64,000 nt of DNA from a virus, in IMG/VR virus record IMGVR_UViG_3300045988_128600; one strand, given 5' to 3'. Under the pieces are notes generated by a model. That model saw nothing but the letters and a program-made list of their open reading frames with translations. It was not told the origin of the DNA and searched no databases. The position numbers and the translations under genes are program-made. Shown piece by piece: positions 11,203 to 21,603 of this stretch (position 1 is the stretch's first letter; each line of letters starts with the position of its first letter).

Positions 11203-11619
11203 TTAGTCCTCAGCGACAATCTTGCGATAAGCCACTTTCTTAGATGCCTTACCGCCATCAGCACCCGGAACGGAAACCTCAGTCTTCTCCGCGCGGTTCT
11301 CGCTCACAAGAGTGCGAAGTCGATAACTTGCCTTCTGTGCGGAGACATCCTCATTGCCAAGAGCCTTGACAATCTCAGGGATGGTCATAAACTCATCGTC
11401 ATAAAGAACATTATAAATCTGCTCAGTCAGTTCATCGCCCTCAGCACGCTTGGCGGCCGCACGCTCCTTAGCCTTGGCAGTCTTCTTGTCAAGCAACTCA
11501 ATCTCATGTTCACAAAATGCGATCACATCATCAGGATTATACTTGATCTCACCAGTCTTCATAGCCTCGATAATCGCGGTCAGATAGTCGCGCTTAGAAA
11601 CCTTAACTTCATTAATCAT
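11203..11619 (-). CDS. hypothetical protein, paralog family A (with 29741..30118 and 32307..32681)
   Basis: Shares the (E/N)HEIELL(D/A)KK motif and overall layout with the two early paralogs. Confidence 0.5.
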   Translation of the reverse strand: MINEVKVSKRDYLTAIIEAMKTGEIKYNPDDVIAFCEHEIELLDKKTAKAKERAAAKRAEGDELTEQIYNVLYDDEFMTIPEIVKALGNEDVSAQKASYRLRTLVSENRAEKTEVSVPGADGGKASKKVAYRKIVAED

Positions 11620-11709
11620 AATTTTTACCTTAACCTTTCATAAATAACAATTTTATTTTTAGGAAGTATTTCTTCCTTTACCTTACATAAATATTATATA
11701 TTATTTTTT

Positions 11710-13314
11710 TTAAAAAATCAAAGAAGGTCTTTGATTTGGGTTAGTGCCGTTAACCCAAGAAATAAATTCCTTTTCATTAATATCAAAAAGGTCTCTACCC
11801 TTTTTAGTGAGAGTTTCTCCATCGACATAATAATTGGAGCGCCAACCGTCTCTATCTTCTTCAATTTCACCAGTGAAGAAGGTTTTTACTTTTTTATCTT
11901 CACAACAATCCCAACAAATATCCACATAGAATCCAACTGGCTTCTTCTGGAATCGAAGGCGGATTTGCTTCATGTCATCATAATCTTTGCGGACTCTGCA
12001 ACAAGGACAAATTTCTGTGCTTTCATCATAACAATAAGCACAGTAAGTTTTTCCATCAACATTGTAAGTGTCATCGACATAAACAATATCGCCACACTTA
12101 TCACACTTTACCGCGCCGGAACAACTCGTGCAAATGACCATTTCCGCGTTATTCTCTCTATCATCGAGGAGAGAATCATCAAGAAGTTCTCCACAACACA
12201 TACACTCAGATTCACCCGAGTAGTTAAGATCAATGTTTTCGTCCGTAGGAATCTTAGTGGAAACGTAAGCATTATGCTCTGAATAAATATCGTTATACAT
12301 GAAATTGGTAACAAGATTGAAATAAATACTTCTATCAAGCTCACCAATAATATTATTACTGTAATTCTGAATCTTATTTAAATACTTGGTATAAGGACCA
12401 AAACCAAGATTCTGTTCAACGAGCTTTTTGATCCAAGCAAGACAAATGCTTTCAAGATTTTCATTACAATAAGGATAACCTTTAATACCAAGGATAAGAC
12501 TTTCGTCTACGATGAAAAGCTCACGCCAACGCTTGCTATTCCACATAACAGGCTTACCAACCTTATACCAAATTTCCATATCCTTATCAGATTTAAGGTA
12601 AGCTTCGAGGACAATGGGAGAATTCATCATCTCAACGGTTCCCTGACGATACTCGCCACCGCCATTCTGCCATCTCATACAAGAGTCCCAACCGCAATTA
12701 TTATCACTCATAGTGATATAGTCAAGAGGATGAATAGAAAGACAAAGTTCACCAGAAATATTTTTCTGATTAAGGAACTGAGAATGAGCGATACGGAACT
12801 TTTCATAGATATCGCGATCAATCTCCAAGATATCACTCATCTTACCAAGCATTTTGCTAAGCTTCATACCCTTATTAATCATAAGAGTTTTATCGTTGTA
12901 AGTGAATTTAAAAGATTCACCATCATAGATGTTGGACATTAAAGGCTCAACATCCAAAAGACTTGCCAGATTAAGATACTGAGTATTAGAGATGGTTGTC
13001 CTAAGATAAAGATCCCTTACCTTATTATTAAAGGTATTTCGGAATTCATATCCATCACTATTTCTACCGAAATAATCATAAAAATCCTCACTCATCTCTT
13101 CATAAGAACGAGAATAATTTACCTTACGAGAAATGATAAGATTATCTCCCAACATCTTATAAAGACTCTGTTTATTATAAGCCCAAAAGCGGAGAATGTA
13201 ATCGAGAGATGCCTTCATATCGGAACTATCTCCGCCAAGACCCGCAAAATTGCGGATATACCCTTCAATCTTTTCGCAATCTTCTTTGGAAAGGAGCTCA
13301 AATAAATTAGCCAT
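11710..13314 (-). CDS. hypothetical protein, paralog of 7772..9223 with C-terminal zinc ribbons
   Basis: 534 aa. Carries LSIHPLDY and WNSKRWR motifs shared with 7772..9223, plus multiple CxxC pairs. Confidence 0.55.
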   Translation of the reverse strand: MANLFELLSKEDCEKIEGYIRNFAGLGGDSSDMKASLDYILRFWAYNKQSLYKMLGDNLIISRKVNYSRSYEEMSEDFYDYFGRNSDGYEFRNTFNNKVRDLYLRTTISNTQYLNLASLLDVEPLMSNIYDGESFKFTYNDKTLMINKGMKLSKMLGKMSDILEIDRDIYEKFRIAHSQFLNQKNISGELCLSIHPLDYITMSDNNCGWDSCMRWQNGGGEYRQGTVEMMNSPIVLEAYLKSDKDMEIWYKVGKPVMWNSKRWRELFIVDESLILGIKGYPYCNENLESICLAWIKKLVEQNLGFGPYTKYLNKIQNYSNNIIGELDRSIYFNLVTNFMYNDIYSEHNAYVSTKIPTDENIDLNYSGESECMCCGELLDDSLLDDRENNAEMVICTSCSGAVKCDKCGDIVYVDDTYNVDGKTYCAYCYDESTEICPCCRVRKDYDDMKQIRLRFQKKPVGFYVDICWDCCEDKKVKTFFTGEIEEDRDGWRSNYYVDGETLTKKGRDLFDINEKEFISWVNGTNPNQRPSLIF

Positions 13315-13324
13315 ATCTTATCAA

Positions 13325-13385
13325 CCTCTTTTTAATATCTTTCTTAACTTTATATATATATTATAATATATTTTTTTATAAAAAT
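13325..13385 (-). promoter_or_regulatory. conserved AT-rich middle-type promoter/leader motif (one of about 8 copies)
   Basis: On the minus strand it reads TTTTTATAAAAAAATATATTATAATATATATATAAAGTTAAGAAAG, directly 5' of the gene start. Near-identical copies lie at about 11650, 15470, 18335, 21245, 23990 and 27575, and a weaker one at 10200. Confidence 0.45.
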
Positions 13386-13443
13386 AAAGAAAGCCCTTTG
13401 CGGTCAATCAAAGGGCTTTCTTGCGAAAGGGGTTTTATTATAT

Positions 13444-14796
13444 TTACTTACAAAGATTACCCATGAACATGAGCGGAAGAAGATCATCCGCGTTCTTGGA
13501 GTCCTTCATAAGGAAATACATCATCATAGGATTCTTAGAGAAATCCATACCACCCTGACCGCTCATCATAGAGAGCATCAGCATGGTGTTCATATCGAAC
13601 TCGCCACTATTCTCACTCATCATGAGGAAGGGGAGCATATTGCCGAACGGCGCATCCGGAGTCGGCGCATCAGAAGTCATGTTAAAGAGAGACACGACCT
13701 TCGTTGCGAAGTTGAAACCAAACGGAGACTTGGTAAGCAGAATCTTCTTCTCCTCACCGGCCTGCGGGTCAATCGCGGTCATACCGGTCTCAGCCACCTC
13801 AGTCACAAACATCGCCTTGCGGTTGTGAATCACAATGTCGCCGACCTTAACGTCCTTGATGGCAACCGGCATCTTGTAAAGGAACTTACCGCCATCAAAG
13901 TTGAAGATATCGACGTCGATAATCTCCTTACTCTCAGGGTTGTAAGAAACCCAAGTGCCATTCGCGTTCTTCACGGCCAGGCCATACATAGACATACGAA
14001 TGTTATCAGTGGTGCAGGGGCCAAAATCAAAATTAAACGCCTTCATTTTCTTATTTCCTTTCTTATTATCAACATTATTGTTAAATGTATTTTGTTCGTT
14101 CAAAACTTTATTGATTCGATCATCAATATAATCGTTATCAATCATAGCGCACTTATCTTCAATTGCGTCAATTCGACTACCAAGTGTAGTTGTGTTAGAG
14201 GTAGCGAGAGTAGTAGCGAAAATTGCGTTAGAATTAATCGAAGCAACCTTTCCAGTCATGCAATCGTTATCAGGAACTACCGTAATAGGTGTAGTATTTA
14301 ACTCTCCAAGAATCTTCTGGGCTTCTTCGTCAGAAATAGTCCACGCAGTGGAAAATTCTGTATTCCACCCCGTACACACTTTGGTATAATCAAGGTCATC
14401 GCGGGTTTTGCTTATATCGTTATTCTTTTCAACAGTCTTCTTTGCCTTACGCATCTTATATTCAAGAAACTTTTCCGAACATTCAATCGCATAATCATTT
14501 GTAAAAATATTACAAACATTATCAACTAAGTATTCACCAAAAGAACCATCAATACCGTCAGCAAAGAAAGAATTCATAATATAAGTATCAGGAAAAATAT
14601 CAAAGAAAATTTTACCATTAAGGTCAGATTTGACAACAATCCTAACACTATTTTTAGTAGTCTTTAATTTACGCCAAAAGACGTAATCAAGCTTATGATA
14701 CTTACCATCTTGAACTGCTTGACTAAATTTATCTAAGACTTTATCAAAGACATTAGGTGGGAATTTATAAGTTCCCATTACATTAGATTCAGCCAT
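13444..14796 (-). CDS. hypothetical protein (450 aa)
   Basis: Long uninterrupted ORF. A middle-type AT-rich promoter motif and a terminator hairpin flank it. Confidence 0.5.
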   Translation of the reverse strand: MAESNVMGTYKFPPNVFDKVLDKFSQAVQDGKYHKLDYVFWRKLKTTKNSVRIVVKSDLNGKIFFDIFPDTYIMNSFFADGIDGSFGEYLVDNVCNIFTNDYAIECSEKFLEYKMRKAKKTVEKNNDISKTRDDLDYTKVCTGWNTEFSTAWTISDEEAQKILGELNTTPITVVPDNDCMTGKVASINSNAIFATTLATSNTTTLGSRIDAIEDKCAMIDNDYIDDRINKVLNEQNTFNNNVDNKKGNKKMKAFNFDFGPCTTDNIRMSMYGLAVKNANGTWVSYNPESKEIIDVDIFNFDGGKFLYKMPVAIKDVKVGDIVIHNRKAMFVTEVAETGMTAIDPQAGEEKKILLTKSPFGFNFATKVVSLFNMTSDAPTPDAPFGNMLPFLMMSENSGEFDMNTMLMLSMMSGQGGMDFSKNPMMMYFLMKDSKNADDLLPLMFMGNLCK

Positions 14797-14949
14797 TTAG
14801 TCTCCTCTCCACTTCTCGTCGGATATATTCCATATCGCTATCCGTCAGAGTGAGTTCAGTCTGGAAACTTGTCGCGCCCGCACTAATTTCCTTGATAATT
14901 CTTTCAAGTTCCTCAGTGTGATTCGCATAACACATAAACAAATTATCCA

Positions 14950-15225
14950 TTACTCCATCCACTCCAATGTATCTTTATCGTCCCAAAAGAAATCAAACTC
15001 AGTATGCGCTTTGCCGTCCTTATCTTTCTTAATAAGGATATCCATCATATGAGCATGAATACCATCTTCGGGATAATCCATTTCCCAAATTTCACGAATC
15101 TTATAACGAGACTTGTGCGGAATGGCTAAATGAGTAATGAATTCCTCGGGAGTCCAAGTTTCAGTAGCCGTGCAGAACACCAAGCCATAGTGCTCACTAT
15201 GAATTGCGATTACTCTTTCAATCAT
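14950..15225 (-). CDS. hypothetical protein
   Basis: 91-aa ORF. Confidence 0.4.
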   Translation of the reverse strand: MIERVIAIHSEHYGLVFCTATETWTPEEFITHLAIPHKSRYKIREIWEMDYPEDGIHAHMMDILIKKDKDGKAHTEFDFFWDDKDTLEWME

Positions 15226-15460
15226 TGTTATCCTCTCCTAATATATCACAAATTGCCTGATGACTAAACGTAATTTTCGCTCCAAGATAAGGAACTGTTT
15301 CATCATCAGCGATAATAATTTCCACAAAAGCAATATCGTATTTATAAAAATATACAATACGCTTAATTGCTTCCAAGTAATCAGAGGCTACCATTACACC
15401 CTGAAAATCTTCCTTTTCTGGGTCTACTGCATGAACATGAGCTATGTAGTGATACTCCAT
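15218..15460 (-). CDS. hypothetical protein
   Basis: 80-aa ORF preceded by the middle-type promoter motif. Confidence 0.4.
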   Translation of the reverse strand: MEYHYIAHVHAVDPEKEDFQGVMVASDYLEAIKRIVYFYKYDIAFVEIIIADDETVPYLGAKITFSHQAICDILGEDNND

Positions 15461-15541
15461 AATAAATAACCTCTTTTCTTATTTTCTATATATATTATAT
15501 AATAATATTTATAAAAAATCAAAAAAGGACTTTTAATTTAT

Positions 15542-16213
15542 TTAATTATTGAATAAATCAGTATCAATGATGGCGAAATTCGCACGATGAATATATACCG
15601 CCTTATCATCAATCATTAACTGAGTAGTCTTAGGAAGATTCTTTGGAATATCCCAAGAGACATTATCCCCTACAAGCATACAAATGGGGTCGCCCATCTG
15701 AGACTGAATCACTACAATCTTGCTACCAGTATCCGCATTGTTCAAATTCTTAGACTTCAAATACCACCAAGAAAGATCCCAATAATCATTCCAACCGCGG
15801 TCGGTAGGCGCGGAAATGCTGGCTCCATTGCCACTATTAGTCGAGGCTTCCGCGGGAATATCTACATCATACTGAGTGAGACGGCTATCAGCAAAAACAA
15901 TAGTAGAACCGCAACTCTCAATACTCTTCCCATCAATATCGACGCTTACAATAGACGAAAGAGAATAAGAACTAACCCAATGACCATCCGTGCTATAAGC
16001 CCATTCCTTTACCTTATTGGGCTTAATGTCAAAGGTCTCACCTTCACATTGAAGCCACTGAGTGCCGTAGTTATCATAAAAGGTAGCAAGGAAAGAAAGC
16101 TTAACATCGCCGTCTTCCGGCTCAGCAGTAATTGTGGTTGCTTCTGGACCACCACATGCAGTCAATGAAAGGCAAAGGATAATCGCAATAATACCACAAA
16201 TAAATCTCTTCAT
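15542..16213 (-). CDS. lipoprotein
   Basis: Signal peptide MKRFICGIIAIILCLSLTAC with an LTAC lipobox. Confidence 0.55.
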   Translation of the reverse strand: MKRFICGIIAIILCLSLTACGGPEATTITAEPEDGDVKLSFLATFYDNYGTQWLQCEGETFDIKPNKVKEWAYSTDGHWVSSYSLSSIVSVDIDGKSIESCGSTIVFADSRLTQYDVDIPAEASTNSGNGASISAPTDRGWNDYWDLSWWYLKSKNLNNADTGSKIVVIQSQMGDPICMLVGDNVSWDIPKNLPKTTQLMIDDKAVYIHRANFAIIDTDLFNN

Positions 16214-16216
16214 AAT

Positions 16217-16390
16217 TTAATGCTCTTTTGGATTATTTTCCATATAATTTTTGATACGTTCACCATCGAATCGAGAGGGACATTTGAGACAAATATAACT
16301 ATCGTAATAGTCGCACCAGTGCTTCTCTGTCCCATCAGGATTCAGAGTTGGATTCAGCGTATCATACGCACAATACATTTTATCAGTCAT
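16217..16390 (-). CDS. small Cys-containing hypothetical protein (57 aa)
   Basis: ATG ORF read from the reverse complement; it fills the gap between flanking genes. Confidence 0.3.
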   Translation of the reverse strand: MTDKMYCAYDTLNPTLNPDGTEKHWCDYYDSYICLKCPSRFDGERIKNYMENNPKEH

Positions 16391-17109
16391 TATTTTACCT
16401 CACTACATCTTGTTAATGTATTAATCTTTACATTCTTGCGGACGTCTTGCGACTTCACAGTTCCGCGGATATGATAAGTATTCCCAACAGTCCAATCACT
16501 TTTGGAGGAAGTAATCCACATAAACTGATTACCATCAGCATCACTCATAGAATAAGCAATGGTATGACCATATTTGCTTTCAAGAGCATGCTTGTCATCA
16601 ATTTTCACGGTAATGTCAATGCGGTCGCCAATGTTGCCAACCCACTGAGCCAAACTCTCGTCATACACAAGGGCATCAACCGCGTGCTTTACCACTTCTT
16701 CACGATAAAGCTCACCATCTGCTCCACCAACCTTATCCCAATCAAGACGAATCGGTTCAACGTCTGCGGGAAGCGTGGGAATCTCATCACATGAACGGAA
16801 ATACCAACCCCACAACCGCGTATAACGCGCGGAACTCATCTTAAACCAATCATTCTCTTCATCACAATTACCTTTGAAAATCGTGATGTAGCCCGCATCG
16901 CCAAACCCAAGAACTTGACGATGCGGAGCCATCTTAGTTGCTACCTCTTGGGATTTTTCGGGGTAAAGCTTAGCATACTCCGCGTCTTCATACCATCTGA
17001 CTTGTCTCACATTAAGAGTTCGAGGATGCTGAACTTGAATATACTTTTTGCCACCGGAAATATAAACATCACCGATCACTTTATACGATTGAAAACTCGG
17101 AGCTACCAT
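16390..17109 (-). CDS. hypothetical protein (239 aa)
   Basis: Uninterrupted ORF. Confidence 0.45.
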   Translation of the reverse strand: MVAPSFQSYKVIGDVYISGGKKYIQVQHPRTLNVRQVRWYEDAEYAKLYPEKSQEVATKMAPHRQVLGFGDAGYITIFKGNCDEENDWFKMSSARYTRLWGWYFRSCDEIPTLPADVEPIRLDWDKVGGADGELYREEVVKHAVDALVYDESLAQWVGNIGDRIDITVKIDDKHALESKYGHTIAYSMSDADGNQFMWITSSKSDWTVGNTYHIRGTVKSQDVRKNVKINTLTRCSEVK

Positions 17110-17112
17110 ACT

Positions 17113-17400
17113 TTACACCTCCCACATACTAACTATGCTAAAATGTTTTTCATCCTCTAAGATATAAGCTTCAAGCGTTTCATATTTCTTAGAGTTATTA
17201 TACTTATTATATAGCTCAAAAGAGCATTTCATACTATCAAAATAATCTTCAATGGATAAATCGTGATAAACACAAGACCAAAGAAAATCATCATAAGTTC
17301 TTTCTTCATAAAAAGAAAGAAGCATTTCATATGCATCTGAAAGATCACCGCAAGCTAAAACGGGGCGAAATTCATCACATACTAAGTGAACTCTTTTCAT
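17113..17400 (-). CDS. hypothetical protein
   Basis: 95-aa ORF tiling with its neighbours. Confidence 0.4.
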   Translation of the reverse strand: MKRVHLVCDEFRPVLACGDLSDAYEMLLSFYEERTYDDFLWSCVYHDLSIEDYFDSMKCSFELYNKYNNSKKYETLEAYILEDEKHFSIVSMWEV

Positions 17401-17603
17401 AGGATTGTCTGCTCCTCAATATAATATTCATGGCTCTTGAACTGAATTGCGAAACCTTCGGTTGTAATATAGGGAGACCGCATTGCTTGAAGCTTGCTAT
17501 ACCAATCTTTCAAACTAGCGACCTCAGTCCACCACTTTTCCGGCTTAATGGTAAGATAAGAGCTGGTGAATCGCACGGTATCACTAAGGAATCGCCCATT
17601 CAA
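17397..17603 (-). CDS. hypothetical protein
   Basis: 68-aa ORF. Confidence 0.35.
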   Translation of the reverse strand: MNGRFLSDTVRFTSSYLTIKPEKWWTEVASLKDWYSKLQAMRSPYITTEGFAIQFKSHEYYIEEQTIL

Positions 17604-17790
17604 TGCCTTCCTCTACCTCTTCTAGGTCATAATCCTCAAAGGCATGACTATAACCGTCGATTACGTCATAAGCCATTCCCTTGCCAATATCATCAGCTTC
17701 TGCGACACTATCAACCTCAAAAACACCGCCAGTATTGATGCCGTGGAGTCCGCAATAGACGCTTTCATAAGCATAAATCATTACAACCAT
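17584..17790 (-). CDS. hypothetical protein
   Basis: 68-aa ORF. Confidence 0.35.
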   Translation of the reverse strand: MVVMIYAYESVYCGLHGINTGGVFEVDSVAEADDIGKGMAYDVIDGYSHAFEDYDLEEVEEGIEWAIP

Positions 17791-18047
17791 TAGATAGTCT
17801 CTTTATCAACTTCCATAATCTTTACATAGTAGTCGCCGTAGCCGTGAACGAAAAACCCATCAAACGAAGGCTTTTTACAATATGAGATAGACTTATTTTT
17901 TTCCCAACGTTCTTGCGCTTCCTTTTCTTTCTTTCGTCCTGCTTCAAAAGCCTTTTCCTCAGTAGAATAAAGGCTAAGCACCGCGGTATCATCACCGCCA
18001 AAACTATCATAATGATAACAAAGAGCATAAACAGTCATTAATGACAT
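17790..18047 (-). CDS. hypothetical protein
   Basis: 85-aa ORF. Confidence 0.4.
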   Translation of the reverse strand: MSLMTVYALCYHYDSFGGDDTAVLSLYSTEEKAFEAGRKKEKEAQERWEKNKSISYCKKPSFDGFFVHGYGDYYVKIMEVDKETI

Positions 18048-18322
18048 ACCTCCGTATAATAAGTTCCAAGAGAACCATCTGCGTTAATCCAAGAGACGAT
18101 CAGCACATAAACCATTTCGACGCCGATTGTATCGAAAACGCAGGGGATTTCAATGTTATACTCGCGGATTCGGCCCTCACCCTTAGCCTTGGAGAAAAGA
18201 ATCTCAACCGCGTTGGCGATATGAACGCCATCCTTAGAAACGAGCATTGTGTATTCATCATCTTCTGGATCAGTATACTTTCTACCAATCAGATCCCAAA
18301 GCTCTACATACATAATTTTCAT
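18038..18322 (-). CDS. hypothetical protein
   Basis: 94-aa ORF directly downstream of a middle-type promoter motif. Confidence 0.4.
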   Translation of the reverse strand: MKIMYVELWDLIGRKYTDPEDDEYTMLVSKDGVHIANAVEILFSKAKGEGRIREYNIEIPCVFDTIGVEMVYVLIVSWINADGSLGTYYTEVCH

Positions 18323-18410
18323 TTCCTTTCTTAACTTTATATATATATTATATTATATTTTTTTAATAAAATAAAATAAGGACTTATGAATTAACATAAG
18401 TCCTTATTAT

Positions 18411-19001
18411 TTAATGAACTGAATGAGCGTCGCCCATGTAATAAATAGTTTCGCCTACATCGGTGATTTCGCCACAAACGGTAATATAAGAGCCTTTCTT
18501 GGCGTCCTTAATGAAATCGTAAACATCAGAGCCCTTGTCCATACTCCAATGGATATTATCTAAGAGAGTAAAATCGTCAGGGTCAGATACAATGGTAAAA
18601 TATTTACCATCACTATCAACAACATCAAGATAACCTGATACCTGAATATACTTACCAGTATACTCTTCCTCAGCTTTGATAGGATAATCTTCTACCATAT
18701 CAATCATTTTAGAAAGAGATTCGGATGAATATTCCGCGGTTTCCTGCTCATCGATCTCTTCGCCTGAACCAACCGAACTTTGAGACGAGGCTCCCGCGCT
18801 TTCTACAATCGGAGTGCGGTATACAGTAGGTTCGGGATCGGGATTTCTGATAACATAATCAATCCCCGTAAAGATGATAAGCACAAGGAGAATATGGAAC
18901 CACGTCTTATCATAGAAAGGAATCTTTACATTGCCTCCACAAAACGGACAAACTTTTGACTTATCAGAAATGGGCTGACCGCAATGTTTACAAATAATCA
19001 T
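18411..19001 (-). CDS. membrane-anchored zinc-ribbon protein
   Basis: N-terminal CKHCG...CPFCG zinc ribbon, one TM helix, and a C-terminal globular domain. Confidence 0.45.
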   Translation of the reverse strand: MIICKHCGQPISDKSKVCPFCGGNVKIPFYDKTWFHILLVLIIFTGIDYVIRNPDPEPTVYRTPIVESAGASSQSSVGSGEEIDEQETAEYSSESLSKMIDMVEDYPIKAEEEYTGKYIQVSGYLDVVDSDGKYFTIVSDPDDFTLLDNIHWSMDKGSDVYDFIKDAKKGSYITVCGEITDVGETIYYMGDAHSVH

Positions 19002-19112
19002 TTTTATTCTCCTTACTTCAACTCAATAGGTTCAAGTCGATCGACATATTCTCCGGCGTAAATTCTCAACCAAGGATTCGCGCGATTAGCCTTTGCGCTC
19101 GCAAGGTCTTCA

Positions 19113-19418
19113 TTATATTCCCTGAATTTCTTTATAAAGTTCAGTCGCGCCAAGGTTGTTATCATTATCAGTATAATCCTGTTCAAGTCGCCATTCAAGA
19201 GCTTCTCGACGAGTTGTATACTTCTCGTAAAGAGAATCACTGTATACATTTTCATTGATAACCACAATAGTAGAAAATACCATTACGATTCCAAAGATAA
19301 TGGTGCCAGTGAAGCCAACAATCGAACTAATACAACCAAGAGCAGAATATTTATTCATACCCCAAACTGCGAGAGCGATAAAACCCGCAAGCGCAAGAAT
19401 AAAAACTACATAAAGCAT
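19113..19418 (-). CDS. membrane protein
   Basis: Two predicted TM helices. It overlaps an alternative ORF (19013..19267) whose start cannot be resolved. Confidence 0.4.
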   Translation of the reverse strand: MLYVVFILALAGFIALAVWGMNKYSALGCISSIVGFTGTIIFGIVMVFSTIVVINENVYSDSLYEKYTTRREALEWRLEQDYTDNDNNLGATELYKEIQGI

Positions 19419-19431
19419 AACTATCTTCTCT

Positions 19432-19638
19432 TTAATGAATAAAATATTGAATTACTCCATACACTCCTGATATGATTGGGAGCGTAGAGATTATAAGTAG
19501 CAAGCTTCCAGTAATGACACAAGTGTCAATTAAAAATGTATCTTCGGGAGCGCTTGCGCCGTCAGCAAGCTTGAAGATACATAAGGCAAGTCTTGCTATA
19601 ATTAATCCAAGAATAATTTCTACAATAAACTCTACCAT
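19432..19638 (-). CDS. small membrane protein
   Basis: 68-aa hydrophobic ORF. Confidence 0.4.
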   Translation of the reverse strand: MVEFIVEIILGLIIARLALCIFKLADGASAPEDTFLIDTCVITGSLLLIISTLPIISGVYGVIQYFIH

Positions 19639-19872
19639 ATATCCTCCTCCTTAATCTAAGTCATCGAACAAAACGGACAAAATGCCAAGAGCGCAAAAAC
19701 AAAGAATTATTGCTTTAAGCATAAAAGACTGACTGAATGAAACCGGCAAACAGGCAAAGCAACATGCCCATACCGCAGTAATAATACTTCTCTTTAAGAG
19801 ATATAGTATTATCATTCAGTAAATCCATATACATAAAGCCGAAAAATACTAATATGATAAATAGCATAATAA

Positions 19873-20607
19873 TCATTTCTCCCATATTTTTTTACCTCCT
19901 CGCTTCTGCTTTCTCTTGGTCGCAGTGTCAATCGTCTTTCTATGGACGCTCCCGATCTTCGCAGTTGGACCATTTTTCATGAACTGATTCAAGTTCAAAG
20001 GGGCGGGGCCAAATACATCTACACAAACATTCTTATGATAGATGTCCGTCTCTTTATGATTGTGGTCGTGGCCGTGAAGATCGAGAGCCCAGTCCTGCTT
20101 AATCGGTTCGTGAGAAAGCATAAGTTTCTCACCAATGATGAGCGCGCCCTCATATACTTCGTCAAAAAGACCATTGTCCGCGGAAACCTCCCAATATTCA
20201 AAGGGGGTGTGGAAATCAAATCCCGAATCAATAGAATATTTACAATCAGGATAAAGACGCTTCATTTCCATGAGCGCTTCGTTCTTTTGGTAGTAATCCA
20301 TAGAGAACTTCTTCTTGACGATTTTGCGCTTATAGTTTTCAGATCCCGCATCATGGTTGCCCTTGATAAGAACCTTATAACCGGCGCGCAGTTTCCGCAC
20401 ATAGGAGATCTTGCCTACATCACCTAAACAAAGAAGCACATCTTTCCGACCGGCTTTACTGTTTAAAAGTTTTACAAGGTCATCATCAGAAATGCGGTCG
20501 GGGTGGCCAATCCGCAAATCCGAATCACCAAAATGCCAATCAGAGGATACCCAGACCGTCTGACCGCCCCAGCGCGTATTAAAGATTTCATAAAGTCCAG
20601 GAATCAT
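19873..20607 (-). CDS. calcineurin-like metallophosphoesterase
   Basis: SDWHFGD (DxH), GDVG, GNHD and GHDH motifs. Confidence 0.65.
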   Translation of the reverse strand: MIPGLYEIFNTRWGGQTVWVSSDWHFGDSDLRIGHPDRISDDDLVKLLNSKAGRKDVLLCLGDVGKISYVRKLRAGYKVLIKGNHDAGSENYKRKIVKKKFSMDYYQKNEALMEMKRLYPDCKYSIDSGFDFHTPFEYWEVSADNGLFDEVYEGALIIGEKLMLSHEPIKQDWALDLHGHDHNHKETDIYHKNVCVDVFGPAPLNLNQFMKNGPTAKIGSVHRKTIDTATKRKQKRGGKKIWEK

Positions 20608-20618
20608 TTATATCCTCC

Positions 20619-20900
20619 TTAAAATGCGTAAGCATTAAATTTATACATATAGAACTCGCCGTCCATAAGAAGAAGTTTATCAACTTCTTTCTGATAATCT
20701 ACTTCTGTTCTCCACCAATCAGGTTTAGGAAGAGGGAGATCGAAGTATTCGATTCGCTGAGTTTCCATAACGTCTTCTTCGATCGCGCCTTCAAGGAAAG
20801 CAAGATATAACTCTTCCGCTTCTGCCTCAGAAATGTTGGCGAAGGTCCAAGACTTACTGGTCATTTCATCTTCAATTTTATAACAAGTAATTTCTTTCAT
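20619..20900 (-). CDS. hypothetical protein
   Basis: 93-aa ORF. Confidence 0.4.
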   Translation of the reverse strand: MKEITCYKIEDEMTSKSWTFANISEAEAEELYLAFLEGAIEEDVMETQRIEYFDLPLPKPDWWRTEVDYQKEVDKLLLMDGEFYMYKFNAYAF

Positions 20901-20911
20901 AATTATTCTCC

Positions 20912-21232
20912 TTACATTTCAATCGCATCAACGAAATCAATGAAAACATCATTTGCGACCTCGTTCATCATATCGAGGTAAGAAGAAAATCTCTTTGTCC
21001 ACTCACCGGTCATCTCACCGTGGTAAAGATACCAATCATAATCAGAATCTTTCTGAATTGTTTCGAACTGACGCTCCATAAGACTATCATCGACCATATC
21101 TCGACAATACTCCATAAACATTTCCTGCATATCAGCCTCGGATGCATTCAGGAAATAGAAATTATGGTCTCCGGCCGTATCACAAAGAATACCAATAGAA
21201 TGAGTTTTAATATTAGAATTAGAAGTAATCAT
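20912..21232 (-). CDS. hypothetical protein
   Basis: 106-aa ORF downstream of a middle-type promoter motif. Confidence 0.4.
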   Translation of the reverse strand: MITSNSNIKTHSIGILCDTAGDHNFYFLNASEADMQEMFMEYCRDMVDDSLMERQFETIQKDSDYDWYLYHGEMTGEWTKRFSSYLDMMNEVANDVFIDFVDAIEM

Positions 21233-21329
21233 AATTTTTATTTCCTTTCTTTACTTTATATATATATTATATATTATTTTTTATAAAAAATCAAAAAAGG
21301 ATTTGCGGTTTGCGCAAATCCTTTAAAGA

Positions 21330-21545
21330 TCAGAGAATGGGAGCATAATCATAATAAATAATCATATCTTCCAGTGCATCTTTGTAAAGTTTTGTATCAA
21401 ATTTATGACAGTGGAATCGTTTCTCAACATTCTCTTCGATCGCGGACATAGCGATTTCGAGAGCGTCAGACCCACTTACGTTTGTAGCACAATAAATCTC
21501 ATCACAAGGCGCGTCATAAACGAATAAGACAGGCATATACTTCAT
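21330..21545 (-). CDS. hypothetical protein
   Basis: 71-aa ORF. Confidence 0.35.
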   Translation of the reverse strand: MKYMPVLFVYDAPCDEIYCATNVSGSDALEIAMSAIEENVEKRFHCHKFDTKLYKDALEDMIIYYDYAPIL

Positions 21546-21603
21546 ATATTATTCCTCCATTAATTGATTTTACCCAAAATTTTTGTTATAATATATTTAG
21601 AAA

